A stretch of 64,000 bases of DNA from Isurus oxyrinchus (taxonomy: Eukaryota): contig JANJGN010000001.1 of NCBI GenBank assembly GCA_026770705.1, positions 165,540,001 to 165,604,000 on the forward strand, read 5' to 3'. Position 1 is the stretch's first letter; the number at the start of each line of letters is the position of its first letter. The notes below the pieces were generated by a model. It saw only the letters and a program-made list of their open reading frames with translations, was not told the origin of the DNA and ran no database searches. The translations under genes were made by a program, and so were the position numbers. This document shows positions 41,122-53,089 of this stretch, in pieces.

Positions 41122-42266
41122 GTAAGTATTTTAATATAATTATTACGATTCACACTTTGTAAACCATCCATTTTTTTCCCCATTTAACACACACGACCCC
41201 TAGGTGATTTGCTACTATGACTTTCTGTTCACAACGTTCTAATATTGCATTTATATTGCTGGTTGCTGCCTTTTTTTGGCAGCAAACAAGGAATATAAGC
41301 TGATTGGCACTACCAGCACTCAAGATTGTGACCACATGAGATTGTTTCAGTGGGCATTATGGGCAGTATAATATGAAATGAACATGGCTTACCTTCATTG
41401 ATCAAGGCAGCTCTATTTTTTGTGACAGAACCAGGGTGGGGGTGGAGGGCAGATATTGCTGAAGGCCACTATCTATGTGGCCTGCATGGTTTTTCACAAT
41501 GACACTAGTGAAGAATGCTGAACAGTCCCGTAGTGCTACCTGGCCACAGGGAATTGGCACAAGTGCAAACAAATTTCTCCCCCATGATTTCATTGCATAA
41601 TTCATTGATTGCTGAAGAAAGCGCTCCGCAATATAAATGAGCCAATTTCTGCCCAAGACCAAGAACTGGTATTACAAAACTACTTCCTGAAACTATTCTA
41701 AAATCATAACATAAATGTACTTTAACTGACTACTGCTCTGACAAATTTGCCTATTTAGTTTACCACTTGTCTTTCTTCTTTTTCCCTTACATTGTGAACA
41801 TATATTTAATGATATTAGATGCAAATGGTGTGGGGAAATTCTAATGTAAATCATATTTAACTGTTCTATTGGTACACAATATAATGTCTGCACCCAGCTA
41901 AAGCCAGTTATTTTAAAAGCAGTTTTATGCCTGCATTTACAATCAAATATTTTTGCTAATCAAGCAGCCAGTGAATTAGAAAACATTAGGTAGCCATTAG
42001 CAGCTTAAAACTTGACGAGGGTGTTTGTACTTTTGTGTGGGAGCAGTTCCGTGCAAAGTACTTAATGGTCTAACATACCATTTGATATGCGAGTCGATGT
42101 GTTTGACTTTTTTTTAGCTCTTTTTCTCTCCCCCCCCCCCCACTGAAAGCGTGCATTTTAAATCCACTCATACAAACTTTTTACATTGTGAGTTGCTGAA
42201 GATACTAATTCTTCTTCTGATTTTCAGATTTAAAAAATAATCATTTCAATTTTCTTCGCTCAATAG

Positions 42267-42404
42267 CTAAAGTGGTGGATCTTGATCCCTGCCTATCCAA
42301 GAAGCCTCTTGAGGACAATGCTTGTCATCCTTTTAACACCCGTGGAAGCATCTCAGAAGTGCAGTCCCTTAGCTCTTTCCAGTCTGAATCATGTGATGAC
42401 AATG
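42267..42404 (+). CDS. FAT1: FAT1 exon (~26) (AKVVDLDPCLSKK...SESCDDN)
   Basis: caatag|CT...AAT G|gtaaga; 138 nt; SEVQSLSSFQSESCDDN conserved motif. Confidence 0.94.
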
Positions 42405-44304
42405 GTAAGAATTTCAGACATCAAGATGTACATTGTCATGTACTGTTAACAGTTTGTCTCTTTTAGAAGACACTAAATTCTTACTGGAATTCAGTGCATA
42501 TATTTTTGTCAGCTCTGCAAAGCAGCCATCCGATGATGATGTTCTACAATTCCCTGCAATTAATAGCTGAAGTTTCATTGACTGTTCTGTTATTACTAAT
42601 ATTAAGTCTGCTAAAAATCTGAGTGTTGCATACTGAAAATACATTATACTTATTTAGTGGCTTCCAATTCCATCTTACTCTTTGGATGTTACTGTTTTTC
42701 TGTAGAATGTTTTAGGGGCTGTTGTTAACTTTCACTTTGCTGAGGTTTTAGTTCCCATCTGGGTCAGGCCTCAGTGGAAACAAGATTCAACGAGTATTCA
42801 GTTGCAAGTTCGATTATATCAGTAATGGAGGAAGTTCGTGGGAGAAATGGGATTCTCTGATATTGATTGATAGCTTCACAGTTGGTAATTGATTTCCAAT
42901 GACAGCAGGAGTTTAAAATAAACCGTGTCAAGCTATCTGATTTAATATTACTTGACTCTTACGAGTCAATAATTCTTGACTGCTAATTTTAGCAAAAAAA
43001 TTGTCAGATATAAAAATGCAGTGTATCTATGATGCATTTAACACTACTCTGTGAAATCTTTACTCATTTCACTAAAACAAATGATAATGAATATTAACAA
43101 AATTGTTGAGATCAGTGATGAACTTGTTTAGCATTTTACTCCAGGCCAAGCTCATGGAATTACTGTGCCTTATTGAAGTAAAAGCTGTAACTATTATAGA
43201 GTTAATAATACAAAGAAGCATATGGAGGAGGGAATGTAAAACACCTGAAATTAGCTGAAAAATCCAGCAGTTGCCTATAGAAGCTCTATTAATTACATCT
43301 GGGTTAAGTTGCAATATCCTACTGTGATGTGTTCGCACATTGTTTTATTAGTTATGTTATTGCTAAATTTACACCAGAAACCAATGTATAATTTTGAAAA
43401 ACATGTTGTGAACATTGAAGTAACTGTACCTTAAGACTGCACACCAGTTCTTGGAATCATAAAGCCTGTGTACAAAATTCTGATTCAGAGAATGCTACAA
43501 GCAAAGGAGGAGGCCTTTGGGCCCATCATGCCTATGCCAGAATACATTTGTTTGTAAATTGTAGGTTCACTTCAAAAATATAATCTGATCGTCTGCATGG
43601 CAGTGATCAAACTCAAGAATTTTGAATCCACTCTGTATTTCCCAACGTTTATGGTGGGGGAATTGGCTTTTGCAATAACTAATCGGCAGCCCATTTTACA
43701 CCCCACCCAATTTTCTTTTAAATTATCTGTCACCTTGCATTGCTGTGTTTTAAATGGAATATGCCACACATCAAAGATGGTCTGAATTTCTGCATTGTTC
43801 TCCTGATCTACTGCCATGATTTTGCCATTGCTTCAGAGGTTCCAACAAAGACTTTCCAAGTAGATATCTTTATCAACAAGTTCAGTGTGACTGTGATTTT
43901 AATGGTTTAGAAATAAAGTTGAAGAAATTTGTTATACAACAGGTTCAAGGCAGCTCGAAATTGGGCCTGGGGCCACACTGACATATTAAGCATGCTTTAT
44001 GGTGCTTGTTACATTTTCACAGGGAGCTTGCAATTGCAAATGCAGAATATCTGGCTGCTTACCTTGTCAGCAGCCAGCTAAAGATAAATTCCTTGTGGGG
44101 AATTGGAAAGAGCAGTGGGAGAGGATGGGGCAAGTAGAACTGAGCACAATAGCTTATCCTTCTCCTGGTTCCACCACAAGGCTTTTTAATCTGAACTTTT
44201 CAAATTTAGCTGTGGCACTGACACACTTGCAGTGTTGGAGCATGGATGCTAGATGAAGGCAGGATCAGGCTTGGCACAGCTGTGATGGCATCCACCATTG
44301 GATG

Positions 44305-44488
44305 AGAGAAAAACAAAGTTAACCTTCGCGTCTATATGACCCTTCTTCAGAGCAGGGTCATACGGACTCGAAACATTAACTTTGTTTTTCTCTCTCCGCA
44401 GATGCTGTCAGACCTGCTGAGTTTTTCCAGCATTTTCTGTTTTTGTTTCAGACTTCCAGCATCTGCCATATTTTGCTTTTATCTATAG
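44305..44488. mobile_element. Second fold-back Penelope-like insertion with hammerhead-like motif
   Basis: Short inverted left arm (minus strand CTGAAGAAGGGTC...), then GGGTC-atacg-GACTC-GAAAC-ATT-AACT and the gatgctgtcagacctgctgagtttttccag tail; candidate TSD TTGGATG at 44298-44304 and 44489-44495. Confidence 0.75.
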
Positions 44489-44694
44489 TTGGATGGTCTG
44501 CCAGCAGCCACTGTTAAGAGTCTCACATGTAGTACAACCACTTGAATGAGGTACCAGATGCTGAAGCCTGTTTGGAGAGCCTCTGAGTGAAATTGCCAAT
44601 TAGGGCCAAATTACACTCAACCTTTTGGTGTATAGGTACTTGTACATTAGGAGCTGAACTGAAACTACCCAAATTTATTTAACATAGGACCCTT

Positions 44695-45176
44695 ACAACA
44701 ACATTTATATTGGATCATTAACATGGAAAAAACACAAGGATCTTTTAAGAGAAGAAAGGGGAAAAAATGACGGTAACACTCAGAAAGAGAGATTAGAAAG
44801 GTGGATCAAAAGATGGCCAAGGAGGATATTGTGGGAGGAGAGAGAGGTGGAAAAACTGAAGGGGGTTAGGGAGGGAATTCCAGAGTATGGAGCCTAGACA
44901 GTTTAAGGTATTAGTGCCAATTGTGAGATTCATGAAGGGCAGGAGCCAGAAGAACAAGAGGGTTTGAAATTTCTAAGAAAGTACATTGAAGTGAGGCCGA
45001 ACAGAAATGTGTACACAAATATGGGAATTTTAAATTTGAGGTTTTGGAGGATTGTGAGCCAATGTAGGTCAATCAGTACAGGACGAGAAGAATTAAGTGT
45101 GGGAAGTAGACTTTTGATTGGCTGTACGTTATGAATGAAGGACAAGAGGGTGATCAGGAAAGAATTAAAGTAATCA
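44695..45176 (-). mobile_element. Old L2 LINE 3' fragment
   Basis: PVLIDLHWLTILQNLKFKI L2 C-terminal motif. Confidence 0.7.
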
Positions 45177-47515
45177 GGGTATTAAGGAATTTTGGAAGAT
45201 TACAACCAATACATCCACTATCTCCACAGCCAATTCTTTTAAGACCCTAGGAGACAGGTCATCAGGTCCAGGGGACTTGTCAGCCTTTATTCCATTATTT
45301 TTTCTAGTACTTTTTCTTCAGTAGTAGTGATTGTTTTAAGTTCCTCCCTTCCTTTTCCCCTTGATTTTCTGCTATTCTTGGGGTGCTTTTGGTGTCTTCT
45401 ACTGTGAAGGCAGATACAAAATTCTTGTTCAGTCTTTGCCACTAATAGGAAACAAGGTTTTTTTTTTCCTATTATTAATTTCCGAGTCTCATCCTCCAAG
45501 AGACCTATGTTTACTTTAGCTACCCTCTTCCTTGTTCTTTACTTGTAGAAGTTCTTACTGTTTGTTTTTATATTTCTTGCCAGTTTACTCTCATTCTAAT
45601 TTCTCACTTTTTTTAGCCAGCCTTTGCTGGTTTCTAAAATTTTGCCAATCTTCAGGTCTACCACTAATCTTGCAGTACTGTACACATTTTCTGTCAATTT
45701 GATATCATCCTTAATTCCTTTGCTAGATGTGGATGGTGCATCCTCCTTGTAGAGCCTTTCTTTTCCACTGGAATATATCTTTAAGAGTTATGAAATACCT
45801 CCTTAAACTTCTGCCACTGCTTCTTTACCATCTTACCTTTAAGCTATTTTCTCAGACCACTGTTATCAACTCTGTCTTCATACCTTTGAAAGTTCCTTTA
45901 TTTAGGTTCAGACACTAGTTTCAGACCCAGGTTTTTCTCACCTTAAACTGAATGTTAAATTCTATCATGTTTTGATCATTCTTCCCTAAAAGATCCATTA
46001 TTATAAGATCATTAATTAATCCTGTCCCATTACACATTACTAATCTAAAGTAGCCTCTTCCCTATTTGGCACTAGAATGTACTGCTGTAAGAAATTGTCC
46101 CAAAAACACTCCATGAATTCATTCTCAAAGCTATCTTACCTTTGATTTTTCCAATCTATATGAAAATTAAAATCACCCCTGATTATTGAAGTACCTTTCT
46201 TATAAATCCCTATCATTTCTTAATTTATGTTCTCCCATAGTATGGCTGCTGTTAGCGCCTATAAACTAATTCCAGATCTTAATCTCCAGCCAAGATCATT
46301 TCTCACTACCGTACTAATCTCATCCTTTGTTAACAGGACTATCCCACCTCCTTTTCCTTTTTTCCAACCCTTCCAAAATGTTAAATTCCCTTGACTATTC
46401 AGTTCCTAGCACTTTGCAATCATGTTTCTGTAATGACTATCATATGCTACCCATTTTTTATTCTCTATTTGTGCTATCAATTTATCCAACCTGTGAAGAA
46501 TCTCGCATCCATTCACTTAAAAAGCCTTTACTAACTTCTTTCCAACATATTTCTTTACTCTGGCCTTATTTGCTGGGGCACTCTTATGCTTGCGCACACT
46601 GTTGCATTTTGGTGATCATTACCCATGTCACTATCCTGTACTATTGTCTTGCCCTTTCTCATTAACTTTCTAAATTTCTCCTCATGAGAACCTCTCCCTG
46701 ACTATTTAGTATAAAGCCCTCTCTTCTGCCAGGATATTGGTTTTAGCATGGTTCAAGTGAAGCCCTTCCCAATGGTACAGCTACCCCTTTCTCCAGCACT
46801 GGTGCCAGTGTCAGTTTCCCATGCATTGAAACCTATTTCTCCCATACCAATCTTTGACCCATCTTTCGTCCCTGTAATCTTATTCATTCTTTACCATTTT
46901 TTTGTGATTCAGGTAGTTATCTAGAGATTATTACCTTTATGATCCCCATGGAGACCAATAACTTCTAAAAAGCTGTTTGAATTCCCAATGACTGACTTAA
47001 TGGAATTGCATGGCAAGATTTCAAGTTTTAAGATCTTTACTCTAACAAAAGAATTAAAATCAACATTGACTGAACACTATTTACTAGGCATCGAATACAT
47101 TAAATTACAGGATAGGTATCTCACCCTTTAACTTTTAACATAACCAAAAATCTTACACCACTGTCATACTTTACTGCCCACTCTTCACAGAATTGTAGTT
47201 TTTACAGGAACCAACATCACTCCCAGCTCCCAAAGGATTTGCTTCTCCCTGTTTTACTGAGTCGTAACGTCATGCGGCCGTCAAAAGGTGCTTCTCTCAG
47301 TTTTCGGAAGAGTCCGAAACCGAATTCCAGGAGCAAGGCCCACTCTGGCAATTCTTTCCCTGGCCACACCGGGACGAATCTTCTAGATCCTTCAATTGGC
47401 CTGGTTTTGTCACTTCGATCAGAGTCTTTCCTCCTGTTGGTAATCCACAGTAAGGACACGGTCTCCTTTGTGCTGACCACACCAGCTGCAACCTTTCACT
47501 TCTCTGTAAGATCTA

Positions 47516-47546
<31 letters not shown>

Positions 47547-48670
47547 GCCTGAAAGCTAGGAAATAAAAAGCCTACCAACCACATCTGCTTTTGCCTTTGT
47601 TTCAGATGTGGACATTTTGCACCTTGCTAATTATTGACTTGTGCCCCTTATCCCCATGGTAACCAAGCCTGTTGCTGAACAAAACTCATAGATCACATGA
47701 CTATCTTCATTACACCCCCTTTTATATTAAATTAAAGAGACAGTTTAAAACATAACAATCTTATAAACTTGCATTTGTAGCACCTTTATGGTTCTGCTTT
47801 ATTTTAGCCCTTAACTATTCACCCCCTTGACAGATCTTCCTTCTTAATCTGACCTATGTCGTTGTTACCCATGTGGATCGCAATAACTGGATTCTTTCCC
47901 AGCCACTCTGAGTTCCTCTTCAGTTCCAAGGAGATGTCCTTAACCTTGGCACAGGCAGGCAACACAGGCTTCAGGACTCATGCTCTCAGCTGCAGAGAAC
48001 TGTATCTATCTCCCTAACTATGCTGTCCCGTACTACTATATTCCTTTTAACTACCCGAACTTGAATGATCTTATGTACAACAGTGCTGTGGTCAGTCAGC
48101 TCATCTTCCCTGCAGTCCCTGCTCTCACCCACACATACTGCAAGACCGCAAACCTATTGTACAAGTGCAAGGGCTGAGGTTCTTTCAGTGCTACCTTCTG
48201 GATCCCCATACCTACCTCACTCATAGTCACATGCTCCTGTCCCTGACAATGGACTAAATCTGAAGTACTGAAACTAAGGGGTGTGACTGCCTCCTGGAAC
48301 AAAGTGACCAGGTAACTTTCCCTCTCCCTGATGCATCGAAGTGTCTGAAGCTCAGACTCTCAGCTCATCAACCCTGAGCTGAAGTTACTTGAGTTGCAGA
48401 CACTTACTGCAGATGTGGTGTAGTGGATGACACTGGTGCTACAGCTGCAACACATCAGCCACCTTGCCATTTTTATTGTCCCTTGTTTAACTAGTTAAGG
48501 TTTAAAGTTTAGAAGTATCACTCAAAGATTATTTGTCACTATATTACTTAAGCTATAAATTTAATACGTTACTGTGCTTAAATGTCCCTATTATTATTTT
48601 AAATTGCTGCCCAGTTTAGAGGGGAAAAAACCCCATAAAACTCACGAACCATTCACCTACCTGCTCACCT
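45177..48670 (-). mobile_element. Decayed CR1 LINE (ORF1, endonuclease, ORF2 linker) interrupted by an LTR
   Basis: PQPLHLYNRFAVL ORF1 motif; ITTTEEKVLEKIM and SPGPD-type ORF2 remnants; many stops and frameshifts. Confidence 0.75.
46940..47782. mobile_element. Solo LTR (TG...CA) with CCTTTA target-site duplication
   Basis: CCTTTA at 46934-46939 and 47783-47788; the CR1 sequence resumes seamlessly on either side. Confidence 0.75.
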
Positions 48671-49581
48671 AATTCTTCAAGACTTGGGTCTCAGGATGTC
48701 CCAGTCCCCCTCTCGCACCACTTCTGGTTCTATAAAAGATTAGAACAGCATCTCTTCCCTCACTCTGCCAAACTTCCTCACTCTCCAAGTTCTTAAGCTC
48801 TGTCGAACTGGCCTGCATGCTACTTACTCCCTGTGTTAACAAAAAAAAAAATTCCTGTCGTTTTACGAGCTGGGATCCCAAAGACTCGGTTCAGGTCCTG
48901 CTGACCAGGGAACCAGTTCTAACTATCTGCTTAATTAACTAAGTGTGCTTAGTTGCTCACTCGCTAGCTGTTTGTTTACCACTGATTAAGACTAAAAGAA
49001 ACTACAAGTTAACTTAAATGTTTATGCAATCCTTGACTAGATTTTGCAGAGAGAGAGATCAACCCTTAAAACACTTGGAAATTTGGTGAGTGAGGGAATT
49101 CTGAGTTCCATACTCTGTTGAAGCTGTAGTCTGTTGAGCTGGCCCCTGTGCTACTCACCACTTGGATCTAAACTGGCCATTAGTGGAATATCTAAGCATT
49201 ATCTAAGGTGTGGCATAATAAACTTCTAACTTGTTTCACAGCCCTAATTTCAATCTAACGTGGCACAGAGGAGTAAGGATTTCTTTCCTTCTCACTCCAG
49301 CTGTATTTTGTTTGTGGAACCCTTAATAGTTGAGAATGCTTCCAAGTATAAATAATAAAAATTCATGTAAGTTCATATGGGAATCAGGAGAGTTTTCTGA
49401 CATAAACGTCTCAAACTTAGAAGCATTCAAATATATTTTTAATCAGTGGGAAAGAATTTTCATTGGTGCTCTCATGTTATTTTCCAGTAGCTCTGTTATC
49501 TTTATTGAGGATCCCATTACAGCTTCTTTCATTGCTGTGTAACGTTGCTAACAAATGAATTAATCTACAATCTTTCAGCAG

Positions 49582-49614
49582 GAAACTGGAAGTTCATTCC
49601 AAAGTAAATGGACA
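49582..49614 (+). CDS. FAT1: Candidate truncating cassette exon (GNWKFIPK*), FAT1(+8TR)-like
   Basis: Branch-point-like TGCTAAC 49546-49552 and tctttcagcag acceptor; phase-1 reading gives 8 aa then TAA (49605-49607); 3' boundary uncertain (aca|gtaaat or gtg|gtagtt). Confidence 0.5.
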
Positions 49615-50558
49615 GTAAATGTGGTAGTTTTAATTATCTAGCTTGAATTCAGTGGCACATTATGATTAATGCAGTATATTAGACTTAGGAAACAAAAACC
49701 TTTGCAAAGCAAGCAACAATCACCAAGAAAGTCTGTTTCCAGTTATGTTTCTGAAAATGTCAACATGGGGCTTTGTAGGTGAACTGCATAGTGATCTATG
49801 TGAAATTAATTGGTCACAGCTGGAGTGTCTCACAATTAAATTGTCCATCGTATAAGAGCTGAGACATTTACCTTAAAAAAAATAAATAAAAATGTATTCT
49901 CGTTGGAATTAGTTTTAAAATTATTTAGCTTTTTGCAGTGTCTGTGCTGCAGTTTTCTAACCTGTTTTTTTGCTCTTGGGTTCTTGTAACCATAAGAACT
50001 ATCACACGATGTCAAAGAGCAGCAGAACTGCAAAAACCACAGCGTACACATAAATATGCCTTAAGAAATTAATTTTTTCAGATGTTTCTTTAGATTACAG
50101 ACATCTTTGGCTCCCAACTAAATAGGCACTGTAGCCTACTTAAGTTAACTGATCACCTAATGGAACTAATGGACAGCAGTGCCTTTTGTGCCATTTCCAT
50201 TTCCTTTCAATTTTCTGAGAAACTCACAAGAAAATCATGAAGGCAATATCCCCAAGATATTTTCAGGTGACAAAACTAGCCAACAAGTAACCAGATACCC
50301 ACTGGTGATGGCAACTGATTATCAAACATAACCTGAAGTATACCCATGAGGTATTTGACATTGATTAGAACATAATTAGATTAGAAACAATTAACATATG
50401 AAATATTCTTGTTACTGGAAACATGCTTCTGGCTGTACTTTTAAAATTTGTATTTTAAACAATGGCCAAGCTACGATAAAGATGATATCAATGTCTTTTA
50501 AGTTTTTGTACTAATTGTAAATTTATTTCAATCTGCTCCTTCCCAATCCTCCTACAAG

Positions 50559-50618
50559 CTTCCATAGTGACTGTAATACACCTTGTCAATGCAGTTGTTG
50601 ACTCGGTAGAAAAAGAAG
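50559..50618 (+). CDS. FAT1: FAT1 60-nt cassette microexon (ASIVTVIHLVNAVVDSVEKE)
   Basis: Pyrimidine tract, then cctacaag|CT...GAA G|gtatat; phase 1-1, frame-preserving; matches from memory the ASIVTVIxLVNxVVD insert of FAT1(+32)/FAT3. Confidence 0.9.
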
Positions 50619-52527
50619 GTATATTTTTTTTTACAAAGCTCAGTTATAAATGTATTGTGGTTAATTGAACTTTGTTGTATGTTGTAAGTCTATAACATTG
50701 TTATGTAAGTGCAGTGAGAGTGCTGTTTATCCATTTAGCAGTGGTTTGACTATCATTCATTTTGAAACCATAGAAAATTTTATTTCATTTTTCCAAAACA
50801 AGTCCTGAGCATTGATACAAAAATGTAACATTTTTTTAAGTCATACTCCAAACAGCAATGATGCCAGATTATGTTCAGTTTTTTCCTGTATCCAGCATAT
50901 TTTCTCCTCTTTCTTTATCTGTGTAGGAGTGTAAACAGGATAAGAAATTGAGTGAGAACAATGAAACTATTTCCACACTTTCTTGATTTTTCAACCCTGC
51001 ATGTTCAAAAGCATGTGGATCAGTTGCAGATTCACTCTTATATTTAAAGCTTGACATTTTCCTTTGCTATCCTGTTTGTTACAGTTTTCTCTTTCTAATT
51101 TGTGTACCACACTGTAAATTAGACTTCAGGTATTCTGAGAGAATATAACATTTAATTGCTTAGCAACCATTTAAGATACCTGGTCCTTTTTTGAACAGTG
51201 GCTTGGGGCATGAATCACAGCAGCATAAGATGCCAAGGATTAGGAAGATATGCTTGTGTTCTGTAAAATATCCAAGTTGAGATTCTAGCTAAGCATATAA
51301 ACATAGTAGATCTGAGCATTGAAAATATGAATGAATCCAGTATTTTGTTCCACTACTCACACAACCTTGTCTTTGAAGATTTGGATAGACCAAAGAACCA
51401 CTCTTAAGATAAAGCTTTACTATTACTTTGTGAATTATTTATCTTTCACTTTCTATGAAATAAAAAGATTTTTGTGCAAATTTTACTGAGAAAGGAGTAA
51501 GATTTTCCTTTTCTGAAACATAATTAAGTGTGAAGGGGTGGGGGTTACAATCAGTGACATACAAGCCATAATTTGGAGAGGGTTCCAGTTCTACTGAGCC
51601 TCTGAACCTTTTTTAGTGTGCTCCCAAAATCCACCAGAAACCAGGAAGTGCACCTCTAATGTTTGCTTCTTCCTTGCATCATCAGAACTGGCAAGATGGT
51701 GTAATCCACTGGACACCTATCAGTTCTGCCTCTGTCGCCCCTAGCACTTAAGTGTGCATTTTGCAGGCACACAATGTGCCATGATTGAAAGTTGGCAGAA
51801 GCGGGGCCCACAAAGGTGCGAAATGACAATTGTTGACAGGAATTTTTAGCCTGCTGGTTTTAACAGTGAATGTCCTGGCTGGACCCACCATTGTTAGTTC
51901 CAGGAGTATGATGTTTTAATATCCTGCCTTAGCAATGGAGCAGAAAGAGTACTGGGAACATTTTGTTTCAGTTCCCAACCTCAAAATACCAGCTCAAGTT
52001 AGGAGAATCACTATTTCAAGATAAAATCATTGACTAATAAAGCAAGGGCTGTATTCTTGAATGATTATTTAACGATTAGGTCATTGTGTGACATTTTCCT
52101 GGAATACTCTAGTTTTGCCTGTTAAATTCATAGATCTTTTCTACCTGATTCTTTGTTTCTTCGTTACTGTAGTTGCATTAAAGATGTTAGAGCTCTGGAA
52201 TACTTCAAACTTCTTTATCTTTTATAGCAGTCATATTTTTCAATATTAGAACCCGAAAGTGAGGAAAAAGTCATAGATTTATTTTGTCATTGTGTGCTAG
52301 GAAAATTTCACAGCTTTTTTTAGCATTATAAAAAGGTTTTAAAATATCACTTATTCTGGTAAACAGCACTTAACTGCTCTTTTGAAATGTACGTATGTAG
52401 CAAACCGGCATTTAAATTGTTTGTTGCAAGCAACACATGGAATGCGAGTATAGACATTTCTTTAGTATCCTGATGCTTTAATATTTCATGTTTTCTTCCT
52501 CCCTTTCCTGCTCTTTGCCATCTAAAG

Positions 52528-52563
52528 AAACTTTTGCGGGTCATGACCTCAAGAACCCAAGAG
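52528..52563 (+). CDS. FAT1: FAT1 36-nt cassette microexon (ETFAGHDLKNPR), FAT1(+12) orthologue
   Basis: Long pyrimidine tract, then ctaaag|AA...AGA G|gtgact; phase 1-1; aligns with the mammalian +12 insert ESLAAPDLSKPR (recalled). Confidence 0.88.
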
Positions 52564-52575
52564 GTGACTTTTGTC

Positions 52576-52581
52576 TGCATG
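52576..52581 (+). promoter_or_regulatory. RBFOX-type TGCATG intronic splicing element
   Basis: Exact TGCATG starting 13 nt after the 36-nt microexon; a downstream position typically enhances inclusion. Confidence 0.6.
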
Positions 52582-53089
52582 TCTTTATTCCCTCATACTC
52601 ACTTAAAGCTGTGCCTCTTTCACTATAACATTCACTGCACGTTAATCTGCATAGCTGCAAGAGAGTGAACTGTTAATCCTTTATTCACATGTTCAGTATC
52701 AATCATTAATGTGTGTGGTAGAAAATATAGAAGATTTACCTTCTCCAGCAGTTTCTATTCAAACGCAGCAGCCACTGCATTTGCAACATAACCAGAATAA
52801 CATTACCTGATAATTTAAATTTATGTACATTTGGTATGGTTGTGTGCTGGCTGTAATTGATGTCATTTTAAAATGTCCAGGTATAAATGTTTGTGTCTCT
52901 GTCATTTGTCATGGGGAAAATATTGCCCCATTTCAGCTGTGTCCTGTTGCACTCTGGAGACTTCAATCAGCACTAACATTAATTACTATTTCTGTATAAA
53001 TGATTTTTTGTTGTATTTTTGACCTTGATCAATACTGAAGGCCTTATTCAAAATTCTAATTTTTCTCCCTTTCTTTTTTATGGCAAAAG

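Noticed and set aside
51379-51407. gaag|AT TTG GAT AGA CCA AAG AAC CAC TCT TAA as a truncating exon
   Set aside because: Weak acceptor and no clear donor; 49582 is the better-supported candidate
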